Below, one piece after another: positions 1 through 11,993 of a stretch of DNA of 64,000 nucleotides. The position numbers and the translations under genes are program-made. Each line of letters begins with the position of its first letter. Within the stretch, counting starts at the first letter, position 1. Source of the DNA: Zootoca vivipara (Eukaryota). The stretch covers positions 62,620,001-62,684,000 of the forward strand of contig NC_083282.1 of assembly GCF_963506605.1 (NCBI RefSeq). The letters are read 5' to 3'. Below the pieces are notes generated by a model. The model saw only the letters and a program-made list of their open reading frames with translations. It was not told where the DNA came from and did not search any database.

Positions 1-611
1 GGATAAAATATTTGGTTCTCTGGGACAACAAGGTAACTTGGTATCTGTGTATCTTGTTTAATGGGAGTTTTGGCTCTTGATCTAAATAACTTTCTGCTTC
101 AGCTAAGGCTTTCCTTTCCCCTTCAGAATATGTTCCAAGCAGTTTCTTGTTTACTCTCCTACCAAAACAAAACAACAGGGAACAAAACTTAGTGGTGGAT
201 GCATAGCATGCATGTACTTGGAAGTAAGTACTTGTTCTAGGATCACAGCAGCTTCTTGTCCCTGATGGGATTGCTCAGCTTCAGCTCCACAAATAACAAG
301 GGGAGAGAGAGAGCGTGGGAGGGAGATGGAGAGGCAACATCGGTGTGTTCTCCACTGAATCTTTTTTTTTTAAAGAGTTAACATTAAATTGATAGCGGCA
401 GAGCTGGTGTATCAACCAAATAGACATCTAGACACTGGCATCCTTCTTTGCATCTGTATCTGGCTGTACTTTACGACTACCAAACACAATGGCGCCATAT
501 CGTGGTAATCTTGCTGATACAGGTGAAGTTAGCCAAGTGCCCTGAATTTTCCTGTGTTTTGTCTCAAGGAGACACTTTACAGGTGGTTCAGTGTCAATCT
601 GGGGTTTCATT

Positions 612-961
612 GGGACCCAGGTGGCGCTGTGGTTAAACCACTGAGCCTAGGGCTTGCTGATCAGAAGGTCGGCGGTTCGAATCCCTGTGACAGGGTGAGC
701 TCCCGTTGCTTGGTCCCAGCTCCTGCCAACCTAGCAGTTCGAAAGCACGTCAAAATGCAAGTAGATAAATAGGAACCGCTACAGCGGGAAGGTAAACGGC
801 GTTTCCATGTGCTGCTCTGGTTTGCCAGAAGTGGCTTTGTCATGCTGGCCACATGACCTGGAAGCTATACGCCGGCTCCCTCGGCCAATAATGCGAGATG
901 AGCGCGCAACCCCAGAGTCAGTCACGACTGGACCTAATGGTCAGGGGTCCCTTTACCTTTT
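612..961 (+). mobile_element. Sauria SINE, full length
   Basis: tRNA-like head GGGACCCAGGTGGCGCTGTGG...GGTTCGAATCC (B box), typical body and (ACCTTT) tail. Closely similar to copies at 15065 and 36146. Confidence 0.9.
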
Positions 962-1164
962 ATATGGATGGTAACCCAGGCTTCATTGCTCTTCCTTTAT
1001 TCCCTTGCATTGCAGCTAGGAACATTACTGAGTCATAATTGTTTACTTTTTTGTGCATGCATCCTGCAACTGACTGAGCAACTCCAGATGTCCTATCTGT
1101 TGAACATTCACCCTAGTTTGCTGATACAAAATTTACATGGAGGTTAGATTGTATCCAGTCTTTA

Positions 1165-1345
1165 CTGAGTCTTCATTTTAATATATTTTATATATGCATA
1201 TGGTTTTACTTCCAACAATGTCTACTTGCTTTTTATGATTGTTTTAAAAATGTTTTAGCAGTTCTCATTTTTATATGTAAGCCACCTTGAGTCCTGTCAG
1301 AAAAAAGGCGGTGTATAAATAAACATTATAATAAACATAATAATA
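1165..1345 (+). mobile_element. L2-type LINE 3' tail remnant
   Basis: Ends in TGTAAGCCACCTTGAG...GGCGGTGTATAAATAAA, typical of squamate L2 3' ends. Confidence 0.5.
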
Positions 1346-2609
1346 CATTCTGATTTGCTCGCTTGGTGGTTATATGACTTTCTATTAACCAATTCTTTAT
1401 ATCACACTTTTCAGTGCATTTCCTCATCACTTTTCAAACCACAGAATGCCAGGGTGGGGTTTTTGTTTGTTTGTTTGTTTCTTGTTTAAAGCAGATTTGT
1501 TGCATTGGTGCTTTAATTTTGCAAAGCTAAATTTCCTGGTATGCACCTGAATCCCTCCCACAAAATACTGTCAGTTGGAGGTGTACCTTGTGCTTCCTTT
1601 GCTTCTTTCCCCATTTGGGGCAGCACAATTGTTGGTTTGCTTTGTTGCTTAATCTGTTGATGGAAGCCTTCGAAGATGGTATGGAAATGGTAGCTGGTGC
1701 AGAATTCAGTCAAGAAATGGTCTGAACACACAACAGCACTCCCAGCACAACTGTGTTGGGTTCTAATGAATTAGGATAGGAGGGTGGTGACATAAGAAAG
1801 GGCCTGCTCAGTAGAATACTCTCCCCAGAGAGGCATACCTGGTGCCATCTCTATCTGCTTTTAGGCACCAAGCAAAACTGTTCTCATTCATCCTGCCTTT
1901 GGATCTTATTTTCTATTTATCTTTTAGTAGGTGAGGTTGAATTGGCTCTGCTTTATACACAGTATAGGTGCGTTTTAGGTTGCTTGTACTCTTGCTTTAC
2001 ACTTGCTTTTAACGTTCATCTTGTAAGTTTTGAGTTCACCTTTCTTTTAAAAAAGTGATTAAGTAATAATAGTAGGGTATTTCTCCTATAAGCTGGCCAC
2101 TAGAGCATTGTGTTCTGCAGATGTTACGGTAGATATCATATTAGATTTTGAACAGTTCTGGAAGCTGCAGATGACTTATGTACTTCTGCTTCAGCAAAGA
2201 TCAGCTCCATTAACTCCTTCCATTTTATTCCCAGCTTCAAAGTCCATGCAAGTAGGCACGTTTTGTGCATTGCTCTGAAATTAAAAAGGATTAAAGCTGC
2301 ACATTTGAGCTGGTTAAAATGAATTGGTCTATTAACAAGGTTCTGTGCAAGTTGAAGTCGCGCCAAAATGCTTAAGGACTGCTGCAGGTTTCCGGAGCCA
2401 AAACATGGGTAGGGAGGTGTGCATGAATACAACACAACCACACCAACAGTATCTGTAAACTTAACTCTTACTTTTATAGTAGAGCTACAAAGCTTATTAT
2501 TGGGTAAGGTGTCCTTCAAAATTCACAAGGTACAAGTGGAAGCTTCTCCAAAAATAATTTTGGCCTACAAAACATACATTCAAATGAAGTTATTAAATAC
2601 TTTACATAC

Positions 2610-2760
2610 CTCCTTGAAGGATTTCTTCACTTCTACTAGTGGGTGCCAGTGTGCAATTGGTTTCCGTGGGTAAGCCAGCATTTCGTTCCAGTGGTCTCGG
2701 CCTAGTCCCTCAGCATTGTTTGCTACACGGCAAACCCCAATAATCTCATTATGGCCAACT
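2610..2760 (-). CDS. SYT6: Synaptotagmin-6 coding exon 6 (C2B C-terminus, WHxL motif), 151 bp
   Basis: Translates (R)[50 protein letters not shown]. Acceptor cccctttcag| and donor |GTATGT. Confidence 0.96.
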
Positions 2761-3298
2761 CTGAAAGGGGTAACCACACATGGAACATGTTTTAGACATG
2801 CTTTCTTTCGCCACAGTGACACATTTAAACCCATCCCTTCTGCTTCTTCCACCCTTCTTGCTGAAGCTACAAATGAGAACAGAATTTTAATACAGCATGC
2901 CTCATAGGCAAATCAGAGACATGTCTGCAAATGGGATAAGGATTGTCCCTGGTAAATAGGGAGTGTATGCTGTCATTATCAAGACTGATCTCCATGTGAA
3001 TCTTCAAGCATGAAGCTGAGCATGTAATTTATGCTCCTGTCCCCATCACCAATGGACTTTACGACTTCAGAGGAATCCAGAGTCATGCTCTTTCCAGAGC
3101 CAATTAAATTCTAGGAACATGCCCTGCTGACTCAAAGGGGATATACTTGAGAAGCAAGGCGTGCAGCTTGATATTTCTAATAACATGACTTGTCTCTTGT
3201 GCAACCCAGTCACGTAATCAAGTGAGTCACACCGTGGAAACTCAAGAAGGAGGAAATGGCTCGAATGGGATTTAAGCATTACAGAGATTCCCTCCTAC

Positions 3299-3470
3299 CG
3301 GTCGTAATCCATAACAGAGATAAGCAGGCTGACTTGGTCCATGTTCTCTGGAGGGATATCAAAGATTATTGCCTCATTGTAGTTAGGATTAAGTGTGTTT
3401 CTTTTAATGGTGGTTTTCTTCTTCTTCAGCCTCCTTCCATCACAGAGCAAGGACACCTTGACGTAAGGAT
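3299..3470 (-). CDS. SYT6: Synaptotagmin-6 coding exon 5 (C2B with polybasic KKKK), 172 bp
   Basis: Translates (D)[56 protein letters not shown](R). Acceptor gctctccag| and donor |GTAGGA. Confidence 0.97.
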
Positions 3471-5178
3471 CTGGAGAGCAGGAGAAAGGAAAAATGACAG
3501 CATTGATGAAAGGCCTTTTCTCCTCCTCCCAGTATCCATGGGATCCCTGCTGCTCATATGACCAAATGGGATATGGAACATGTGGAAGCAGGAGTGGAAG
3601 AGAAGACAGTCTCTGGGTTTGCATGCACATAGGCTCTGGGCAAAAAGAACACATGGGATCCTGGATTGCCATCACAATCTCACCCCTTCTTCCACATCTT
3701 CAGTAGCATCCTGTTTGATCATTCAAACCCAACTATGGTTACAATGAAAACTATGTGCGCAAAAAAGGGGAGTCAGAACATAACATTACCTTTATGTCAT
3801 ATTAGTAACTAATATCCTATAAACTAACAGCAAGCTCATTTTCTGAGTGTGGCCCTACATCGAGATAAAGCAGCACTATCCATGCACGATAATATCCATG
3901 TACAGATATTTTGCAGGGGAGAAGAGGGGCTCACCAAAATAGCCCAATGAGGGACTGAGCATGCTCAGTGGCCACAGAATCCTGAGTAGCCATTGGAGGG
4001 GAATGACATAGAATATTTGCAGAAAGGACACAGCTGGTTGGCTGGCTGGAACCTGGAAGCGGAGGACTCCAAGCAGCAGCACTTTGCTACAAGTCCAACA
4101 TGTAACAGCCTAGTGATGAACACTTCCTCAGGTGTGCCAGATTTCTTAATTTGTCAATTGTAGGGCTGTCATAACTATTGCTCCCATGCTTTGCAGAAGG
4201 GAAATATTTACGGGGTGGGGTTGTTGTTGTTTTGTCAAACTCTTCTTTCTACAAAATTCAATGGAGCTCATTGAATTACATGGAAGACTAGAAAAGTATG
4301 GGTTTGAAGAAACTTTTTTTATTTTAACTTTGGGGACATTAAATCAGCTGTCTGTCAATCCAGAGACCATTGGTGGTATTCAAGTAAGTTGTACTCAGAG
4401 TAGACCTTTTGGAACTGATGGATTTAACAGTGGTGTCAATCAACTTCAGTGGGTCTGCTCTTGAGTAAAACTTAATTGAATACCACACCATGTATATATA
4501 CGTGGGCCTGCTTTTCTGTGGGGAGGTAGTGATTTTGTAATTAAGCAGCTCTCCCACAGATCACCCCTTTTCCAACAAAGTATTTTGAACCTGTTTTCCG
4601 TGCTCATTGCTAAATTTGTCCACCAGTCCATTTACTGTTCTTTAATATGAGACAGGTGTTCTTCATTCATGAGCATCCTTCCAGCTCTTTGGTTCAACAC
4701 ATTCCTTGTGCACCATGTCTGTGAACTATTTTCAAGAAATGAATTCATGTAAGGGGTTTTAGCAGCTTTTTTGGCAATGGAAACAGAGGGGAAAAGAGAA
4801 GGGAAAATAAGGCAGCATTACCTCCCTAGCTGCCCTGGAGATTGACTCTGGCAAATTGCTTCTGAGTTTCCAACATAGTTTGAATTCTATGTAGGCTGCT
4901 GGAGAAAATCACTGTGTATTTAGAAGTTCCAGTAACTATATAGGGCATCACTGCTGAGCTACTGAGCTCTGAACCATGGATTTGCAGTGATTCAACCTGC
5001 ATCAAATGCCATCTGAGCAGAAATGTTTGTCTGCCCAAACAGTCTCTGCTGTTGCTGCTGTAGATTAAAATGTTTGCCAGCAATACTCAAGACACTGATA
5101 TGTGGAAATCTGGGCCATTAAAAATAGTTCTTATGGCAGAAACTCAACTATCTGCACAATGAAAGTCCTCAAAAAGAA

Positions 5179-5206
5179 GTGTGTGTGTGTGTGTGTGTGT
5201 GTGTGT
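5179..5206. repeat. (GT)n microsatellite
   Basis: Direct reading. Confidence 0.9.
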
Positions 5207-5965
5207 TTATATCAGCTCTATCATTTTTTAAATAATCCATGTGGAAAAGTTTCAGTGTTAATCCAAAACAGCAAAAAAACAAAACAGAACCAAAGAGTCT
5301 TGTAGCACCTGAAAGATTAAGCCCATGAAATCTTAGGAATTAGAAGATGTGATTAGTAAACCCAACTGATGCAATCTCAGTTTGGGGTTAGCTGAGCTTC
5401 AATCAGATCTGCAGTCAGATCAATTGGATTGACCCTCGGCTCACTTCTCCTATTGGTTTGCTCCACAGCTGACTGGGAAAGTGGTGGAGGGTATAGGAAT
5501 ACACGATGCGATCCTGCAAAAATTAGCCACACCTTAATTCTATGGAAATCAGTGTGAAATTATTGTGTTATCCTTTTTGTTGTTGTAATTGTTGTTGTAT
5601 TAATTCATAGAGTGCTACCAACGTATACAAGGCAGGGCTCTGCCCCGAGGGCTTTCTGGCTAAAATCTGACACCGTGGAAACAACAAGAAATAGGGAGGG
5701 AGGTAGAGTGAAGGGGAAGAAGAAGATATTTCAGTTACACATAGTTAGATCTGGTTACAGTAGGGCAGCCCTTGCCAACCTGGTGTTCTTCCCTTGTTTT
5801 GGACTCCCATCAGCCCCATCTTTACAGCATGCCTGATGCTCCATCTTTCTCTACTTAGTTCTTGGATTCTGACCAAGCTCTAGTGATGCAGTCTCAGACT
5901 TGCCAGAGCAACAGTGCTTTCAAGAACTTCCTCTGACCTGCTCCAGCCAAAATCTTCAGTGCATC

Positions 5966-6554
5966 TGTGGCGTTTTACCTCTAGGGCAGTGTTTCCCAAC
6001 CTTGTGCCTCCAAATGTTTTGGGACTACAACTCCCATCATCCCTAGCTAGCTAGTGGTCAGGAATGATGGGAATTGTAGTCCGAAAACAGCTGGAGGCAC
6101 AAGGTTGGGAAACACTGCTCTTGGGGACCAGCAAGAGTTAATTAGTAAAGGAGAGTGAAGAGCCAATAGGAGCTCAGTAGGCAGAAGCAGGGAGGATATA
6201 AGGGAGAGAGTTGAGAGAGAGAGGGTTAGAGTAGAGCTAGAGAGGTGAGCTATTGTGCTGAGTCTGAGAGAGAATTAAGAAGCGAATTTCAGAGTCAGGA
6301 GGACGTTGGGAAAACTAGTAGGAAAGGATAAGTTTAAGCAAAAGTACCTGAGAAACTGTGATGAAATTATTTGCTTGTGAGATCATCTTAAATAGACTTA
6401 ATTGTTTGGTTTACCTTTCACCTGACTGGAATCCAATATATGTGTACCAGTACAGTTACTGGTTGGTGGCAGCAAATGAGTATAAAGGCGAGGGAGGCTC
6501 TGGGTCAATAGACCGTGAAATGTCCGGGGGCCCTTTGCCAGTTATTGCGCCACA
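5966..6554 (+). mobile_element. Solo LTR (Gypsy/ERV-like) interrupted by a MITE
   Basis: Inverted termini TGTGGCG...CGCCACA, perfect 5-bp TSD GCATC (5961-5965 and 6555-6559), and an internal TATA-like GATATAAG. Confidence 0.75.
5987..6117. mobile_element. Palindromic hAT-type MITE
   Basis: TIR CAGTGTTTCCCAACCTTGTGCCTCC with 8-bp TSD CTCTAGGG/CTCTTGGG. Core is GGACTACAACTCCCATCATCCC plus its inverted copy. Confidence 0.85.
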
Positions 6555-6830
6555 GCATCATACTATTTTTTTTGTGTATGCATGTGAAGGAAATACTTCT
6601 GTTTCATTGATGGCTAGTTTGAATGAATGGTATCCATATAACAAAGAAACTCATTGTCTGATTATTAAAGCAAGACAGTGACACCATTCATACTTTGGAT
6701 CTCCCTGCCTATTGACTGTACTCTTTTCTGTGCCTTCTAAAAGCATTTTTGTTTTGGCAGAATGTTGACCTGTGTTTTGATTTGGTTTTCAGTTTACTGA
6801 TGATTTTATGGTTTTATGCTTTTTTGTAAA

Positions 6831-7593
6831 TTGGGATGTATGGGGTGTTAGATGGGGGACACGTCGTGCTCCTTCTAGGGTAGTTTGCCCACCTTTGGTC
6901 CCCACCCTGCGCTCAGCTCCACCTGTGGCTCCTAGAGGCTGTAAGCATACAACAGCAGCCACAGCCTGGGAAAGGGCTTCGACTGGCAGGTTGAACCAGG
7001 TGAGGGTAGCCAGTAGGTCTCAAACCCTTGGTGAGTTAGGAACTTTCCCTGCATGTGAAGACAGGCTCTGGCAGCTTGAGCAGACAGGACCAATAATGCA
7101 TCCAACAGTCACCAAGGTGGTTACTGCACATACTGCAGAGGGAAATGAGGGGTAGATGGAGCTTGTCAACCTGGGAAAGTAGCCCATATAGCCCATCTCT
7201 GCTGCCTTTCTTCAGGAGAAGAAAAAACTAAGAAGTGAATCCTAAACAAATCCAGAGAAGAGACAGCTGGATGGTGCCTTGTATGCCTCCTTCTGGCGAC
7301 TCCTGCAGCTAAGCTGGTGCCTAATGTATTGCTCTGCCTTCCTTTAAACCACATCAGGGTGGCCTGGAGTGGGGGTCTTGTCATATGGGCAATGCAGGAC
7401 CTCCCTACACACTGCCCAGGCTTGCACCCTAGGGAGGTCATTTCGGTGCTGCTAATTCAGCAAAAACAATGTGGGAGGCAGAAGTTATGAGTTACTCGCC
7501 TCTGCAGCCACTGTGATTCTCCAGCAGTTTCACTTCACCCCCGGAGGTGCACTCCATTGTCTCTTGAGACAGACAGAGGCCAACAGCAACAAC
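6831..7593 (+). mobile_element. Non-autonomous RTE-derived retroelement (non-coding body plus RTE 3' tail)
   Basis: The 3' end CACTTCACCCCCGGAGGTGCACTCCATTGTCTCTTGAGACAGACAGAGGCCAAC(AAC)n matches the tail of the coding RTE remnant at ~51430-51490. No RT ORF. Imperfect TSD CTTTTTGT(T)AAA. Confidence 0.6.
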
Positions 7594-7711
7594 TTTTTGT
7601 TAAAAACTTTGAGGTTTTGTTACAGTCTTGTGAAATAAATGAAACAAATATATCATCACGGGAGCAAGACCACATATAGAAATCCCTTGCTCTGAGCAAC
7701 GGAACACTCAC

Positions 7712-7832
7712 CTGAGTAACCAGTTATGTCCATCGCTTTGAGATTCCTGCACTTAATGACTGTTAAAGTGAGGCGACCTGCAGTTGGCAGGTAACAAAGG
7801 GAAAACATGATCTCCCCCAGGTCCACACTTTC
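7712..7832 (-). CDS. SYT6: Synaptotagmin-6 coding exon 4 (start of C2B), 121 bp
   Basis: Translates [40 protein letters not shown](D). Acceptor tctttcattaaag| and donor |GTGAGT. In frame with exon 3 (phase 0). Confidence 0.97.
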
Positions 7833-7888
7833 CTTTAATGAAAGAGAAAAAAACACAGCATTAGAAATGGGTAAGGAGCAAACGTAGC

Positions 7889-8077
7889 TAGGGCCGGCCC
7901 ATCCATGAGGCAAGCTGAGGTAACCACCTTGGGCTTCAGGATTCATAGCAGCAGACCTTTATTTTCTCCTCCCCTTGTTCCGGATATAGATCTTCACTCA
8001 CCCCTTCTTCCCTAGTGGAGAGGGGAGCGCCATTTTGTGGTTTGCCTCAGGTGCCAAAATGTCTTGGGCTGGCCCTG
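7889..8077. mobile_element. hAT-type MITE just upstream of the exon 4 acceptor
   Basis: Termini TAGGGCCGGCCCA...TGGGCTGGCCCTG with a degenerate TSD. Confidence 0.55.
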
Positions 8078-8081
8078 AACA

Positions 8082-8082
<1 letters not shown>

Positions 8083-8127
<45 letters not shown>
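8083..8127. repeat. (ATT)n microsatellite (tail of an L2-type element, split by BovB)
   Basis: Direct reading. ATT repeats resume at ~8479 after the BovB insertion. Confidence 0.9.
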
Positions 8128-8479
8128 TTGAATTATGGTGCTGGAGGAGACTCTTGAGAGTCCCATGGACTGCAAGAAGATCAAACCTATCCATTCTTAA
8201 GGAAATCAGCCCTGAGTGCTCCCTGGAAGGACAGATCGTGAAGCTGAGGCTCCAATACTTTGGCCACCTCATGAGAAGAGAAGAATCCTTGGAAAAGACC
8301 CTGATGTTGGGAAAGATTGAGGGCACTAGGAGAAGGGGACAACAGCGGACAAGATGGTTGGACAGTGTTCTCGAAGCTATGAACATGAGTTTGACCAAAC
8401 TGCGGGAGGCAGTGCAAGACAGGAGTGCCTGGCGTACTCTGGTCCATGGGGTCACGAAGAGTCAGACACGACTAAACAA
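8128..8479 (+). mobile_element. RTE-BovB LINE, 5'-truncated 3' end
   Basis: Encodes RVPWTARRSNLSILKEISPECSLEGQIVKLRLQYFGHLMRREESLEKTLMLGKIEGTRRRG...RWLD and ends GGGGTCACGAAGAGTCAGACACGACTAAAC. Confidence 0.92.
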
Positions 8480-8489
8480 TTATTATTAT

Positions 8490-8622
8490 TATTTATTATT
8501 AATAATACCCCGCCCAGCCACTCTGGGCGGCTTCCAACAAAATATTAAAATACAATAGTCTGTTAAACATTAAAAGTTTCCCTAAACAGGGCTCCCTTCA
8601 GGTGTCTTCTAAAAGTCTGGTA
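8490..8622 (-). mobile_element. L2-type LINE 3' tail fragment
   Basis: CCCCGCCCAGCCACTCTGGGCGGCTTCCAACA motif shared with 23068-23166 and 34968-35145. Confidence 0.55.
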
Positions 8623-8948
8623 GACCAATATTTTCCTCCTTTGCACAAGGCAAGGCAAGGCAAGAGGGAGCAAAGTGCTCATCACTAATACCACTCTGAA
8701 AATGGTGACAGGTTGAGAAACTATGCATTGGGCTTCTATAACTGCAAAAATGCATCTATGAAATGTGGCGCGAATGGAGTGGATGCCAAGTCACTATTGG
8801 CAGACATGTAGTCATAATTTTGACTATATTTAAATCATCTTCTGGAAGTAAGTTCTGATACCTGCAGTGTAGGCTGGATGGCCATCTGTCAGGAATTCTT
8901 TAGCTCTGATTCCTGAATTGCAGAGGGTTGGACTAGATGACCCCTGGG

Positions 8949-9193
8949 CAGTGCCGTAGCTAGGTGATCTTGCGCCCCTGGAAGAACCGCCCAGATTGCG
9001 CCCCTTAGCAACGGGCAAATTAGCTCTTCTTTCCACCTCTCCTCCAACCCCCCCCTCTACCCATTCAATTCCTCACACACTAATCAATATTTTTATTTAT
9101 AGACATATTTATGGAGATATTTGAAAGCCAATTTCGTGCTCCCCTTGCCTGCGCCCCTGGCGGGGACCTTCCCTCACCACCCTCTAGCTACTG
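8949..9193. mobile_element. GC-rich hAT-like MITE inserted into a CR1 3' tail
   Basis: Ends CAGTGCCGTAGCTAG...CTAGCTACTG. The flanks rejoin as the CR1 tail GGTTGGACTAGATGACC...ATTCTATGA. Confidence 0.5.
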
Positions 9194-9326
9194 GCCCTAC
9201 AATTCTATGAATCTTCTCATTAACTTAGTCTTAGAACAACTAACTTAGGTGTTCATTTTAAGCTATCCCTCACATCAGACTGAAACAGAAGGAGGAAGGG
9301 AAGGGATGTAGGACCATGCTCTAGGC

Positions 9327-9462
9327 CAGGCATAGGCAAACTCATCCCTCCAGATGTTTTGGGACTACAACTCCCATCATCCCTGACCACTGGTCCTGTT
9401 AGCTAGGCATGATGGGAGTTGAAGTCCCAAAACATCTGGAGGGCCGAGTTTGCCTATGCCTG
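9327..9462. mobile_element. Palindromic hAT-type MITE
   Basis: Perfect TIR CAGGCATAGGCAAACTC, perfect 8-bp TSD CTCTAGGC, and the same ACTACAACTCCCA core as 5987-6117. Confidence 0.88.
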
Positions 9463-11527
9463 CTCTAGGCCTTGCTGAGAGACCAGGGACATTTGTCTCC
9501 TCTTCTCCTGGAATGGTCTTTCCGTTTCAACTGGCTCGTCATATAAAAACTTTGTAACTGGTGCCTGATCATTTTCCCCATCATCCCTTCCCATCCCCTT
9601 ATCTTTTGTGTGATGTCTTTTAAGCCTGAAGGCAGGCTTACCACTAATATTGATAAGCCACTTTTTTTTTTGGGCGGGGGAGGTTCTTTACTGGGGTAAA
9701 AATGCTCCAGATAAATAATTACAGGAGAAAAATAATTGTTCTAAAAAGCAAACAAGACTTTATTCATTTTCACGAGATGCATGTGTGTTGTAACCGGCAA
9801 CATCTGATGTGAGGCTTTCACAGCAGGGGCTGGTCACACTGGCATTGGTAGGGCAGAAAGCAGGAAGGCAAACAGTATGTGGAGCCAGAGCAAATGGCAT
9901 GTGGAGCCTCTTTTCCTTCTCCAGAAGCAATGCTGAGTCTAAGGGGGAGGAAGCTGACAGGCAGGGCCACCCACTGCCCTGGTTTTAAGAAGTCGGGTAG
10001 GTGGGCACTTCATGGACGCAGTACTCCATTCGCCTTAATGGACTGGCCTCCAGAGTGCTTTTAGCTCTCCTATCTACACGCAACAAGGAATGTTTCTTTT
10101 AAAATGGGACTAGTCATCTGCAGCTTTTACAAACATTTATAAATGATTAAAAAATTAAAAAAAAACATTTAAACTTCTGCTGCCCAATTAACTGGAGGAG
10201 AAACATTTTTGGTCTGTCAAAAAGTTTTAAGAGTGATTAATCTATTCAATTAAAACACTAAATAATGCAGCCCTATTAAGAAACGTTACATAAATAATCT
10301 GTTTATAAAAAGGACAGCTCCCAGGGTTCCATCACCAGCTAGGGCAAGGGTGGAGGATATTTTTGGCCCAGCAAGCCATGTCCCAGTGCTGCTATCAGCA
10401 CTGATTTGGGGCAACATCCTGCTGATTTTGGGTGAGATCTTGTCTCAAATAGTTTGAGATCTTGTACCCAATTTCAGGTGAGCTCTCACCCAGAAATGAA
10501 CATGGTCCATTTTGGTGCTTCTCCACCACTGGTGGAGGCAGCAGGACCTCTGTAAGTGTGCTGCCTGCAGGACTTCTGCTGCCTGAAGCAGTGGCCTCAC
10601 CCTGCCTAATGGCTTGGCCAGTTCTGGCTCATGTCCTCTTTGCGGGCTTCATTGACATCTGATTGGCCACTGTGAGAACAGGATGCTAGACTGGATCCAG
10701 CAGGCCTCTTCTTCTGTGTTCTTATCTCTAACAAACTGAACTATCATAGAAAATGCAAACTTAAGCCAACAAACCACCCCACCTTGCCATATCATTGTTG
10801 CTCCTTCTACAAGCTGGCACCATGAAATATATGATTAGAGGATGTACCGCAGGTATATTTTCCAACCCACAATGGGCAATTTCAGTTCTAAAATAATCTC
10901 CTTTGTCCTCTGCTTGCTCACCTATCTATTTACTTGTCACACCTCTACTGCTGTAAAAATGACCTTTGCAGGTGTTCTGGCACCCTCAACCCATCATTGT
11001 ACCTCTGCATCATCTAGCAACCAAACACCAGGGAAGGCCTGCAGCATGTCAAATGTGGCTTAAAATAACTAGGATTAATTAGCGGTTTTCATCATATCTG
11101 CATGTGTGCCCTCTTTGAAGCAGGTCAATATTTAGCCTTTGCTTCCCAAGGAAACCTTTTGCAGATTACTGACAAGGTCGGAACTGCTAAGTGCTGAGTG
11201 ACCTACGTTAACAAACTCTCCCTGAGATGACAGAAACTGGGTTTTGCTGCAACGTCCTGCAAAAGCTACCTGTGTTATACCTTTAAAGAGTACTTTGAAA
11301 ATGGAACTTGATTCGATGTTTCCACATCACAAAGATGTTATGCCTCCTCCTTGAGAGGTGTGGAGTGTGGCAACACGAGAACGGGCCTTCTCTGCAGTGG
11401 CTCCCTGTCTGTGGAATGCTCTCTCCAGGGAAGTTTGCCTGGCGTCTTCATTACTCACACTTAGGTGCCAGGCAAAGATGTTCCGTTTTAACCAGGCCTT
11501 TGGTCAATCTGTTTGATATCCTATACC

Positions 11528-11993
11528 CATAGCTGTCAACCCTCCCTTTTTTGTGGGAAACTCCCTTATTCCAAGCCACAGCTGTCAACCTTCCCCTTTT
11601 TGCTGAAAATTCCCTTATTTCAGCACCGCTTCCCACTGCTATCCTGGATTGTTAGATATACCGTAGACCAGGGGTCAGCCACCTTTTTCAGCCGTGGGCC
11701 GATCCACCATCCCTCAGAACATGTGGTGGGCCGGACTATATTTTTTTTTGGGGGGGGGAATGAATGAATTCCTATGCCCCACAAACAACCCAGAAATGCA
11801 TTTTAAATAAAAGGACACATTCTACTCATGTAAAAACACGCCAATTCCTGGACCGTCCGCGGGCCAGATTGAGAAGGCGATTGGGCCGCATCTGGCCCAC
11901 GGGCCTTAGGTTGCCTATTCCTGCCGTAGACTGTCCCCGGGACAGGTGAGGCTGCTGATCCCTTATTTTCAAATCCCAAAGTTGACAGCTATG
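11528..11993. mobile_element. hAT MITE (CATAGCTGTCAAC family)
   Basis: Perfect 13-bp TIR CATAGCTGTCAAC...GTTGACAGCTATG and perfect 8-bp TSD CCTATACC. Confidence 0.88.
11669..11923 (+). mobile_element. hAT MITE, OC1/OposCharlie-like
   Basis: Ends CAGGGGTCAGCCACCT...AGGTTGCCTATTCCTG with perfect 8-bp TSD CCGTAGAC. Highly similar to 55056-55306. Confidence 0.85.

Noticed and set aside
2370-2400. GGAAACCTG as the terminal GNPRL-type exon
   Set aside because: There is no preceding AG acceptor and the downstream peptide does not match.
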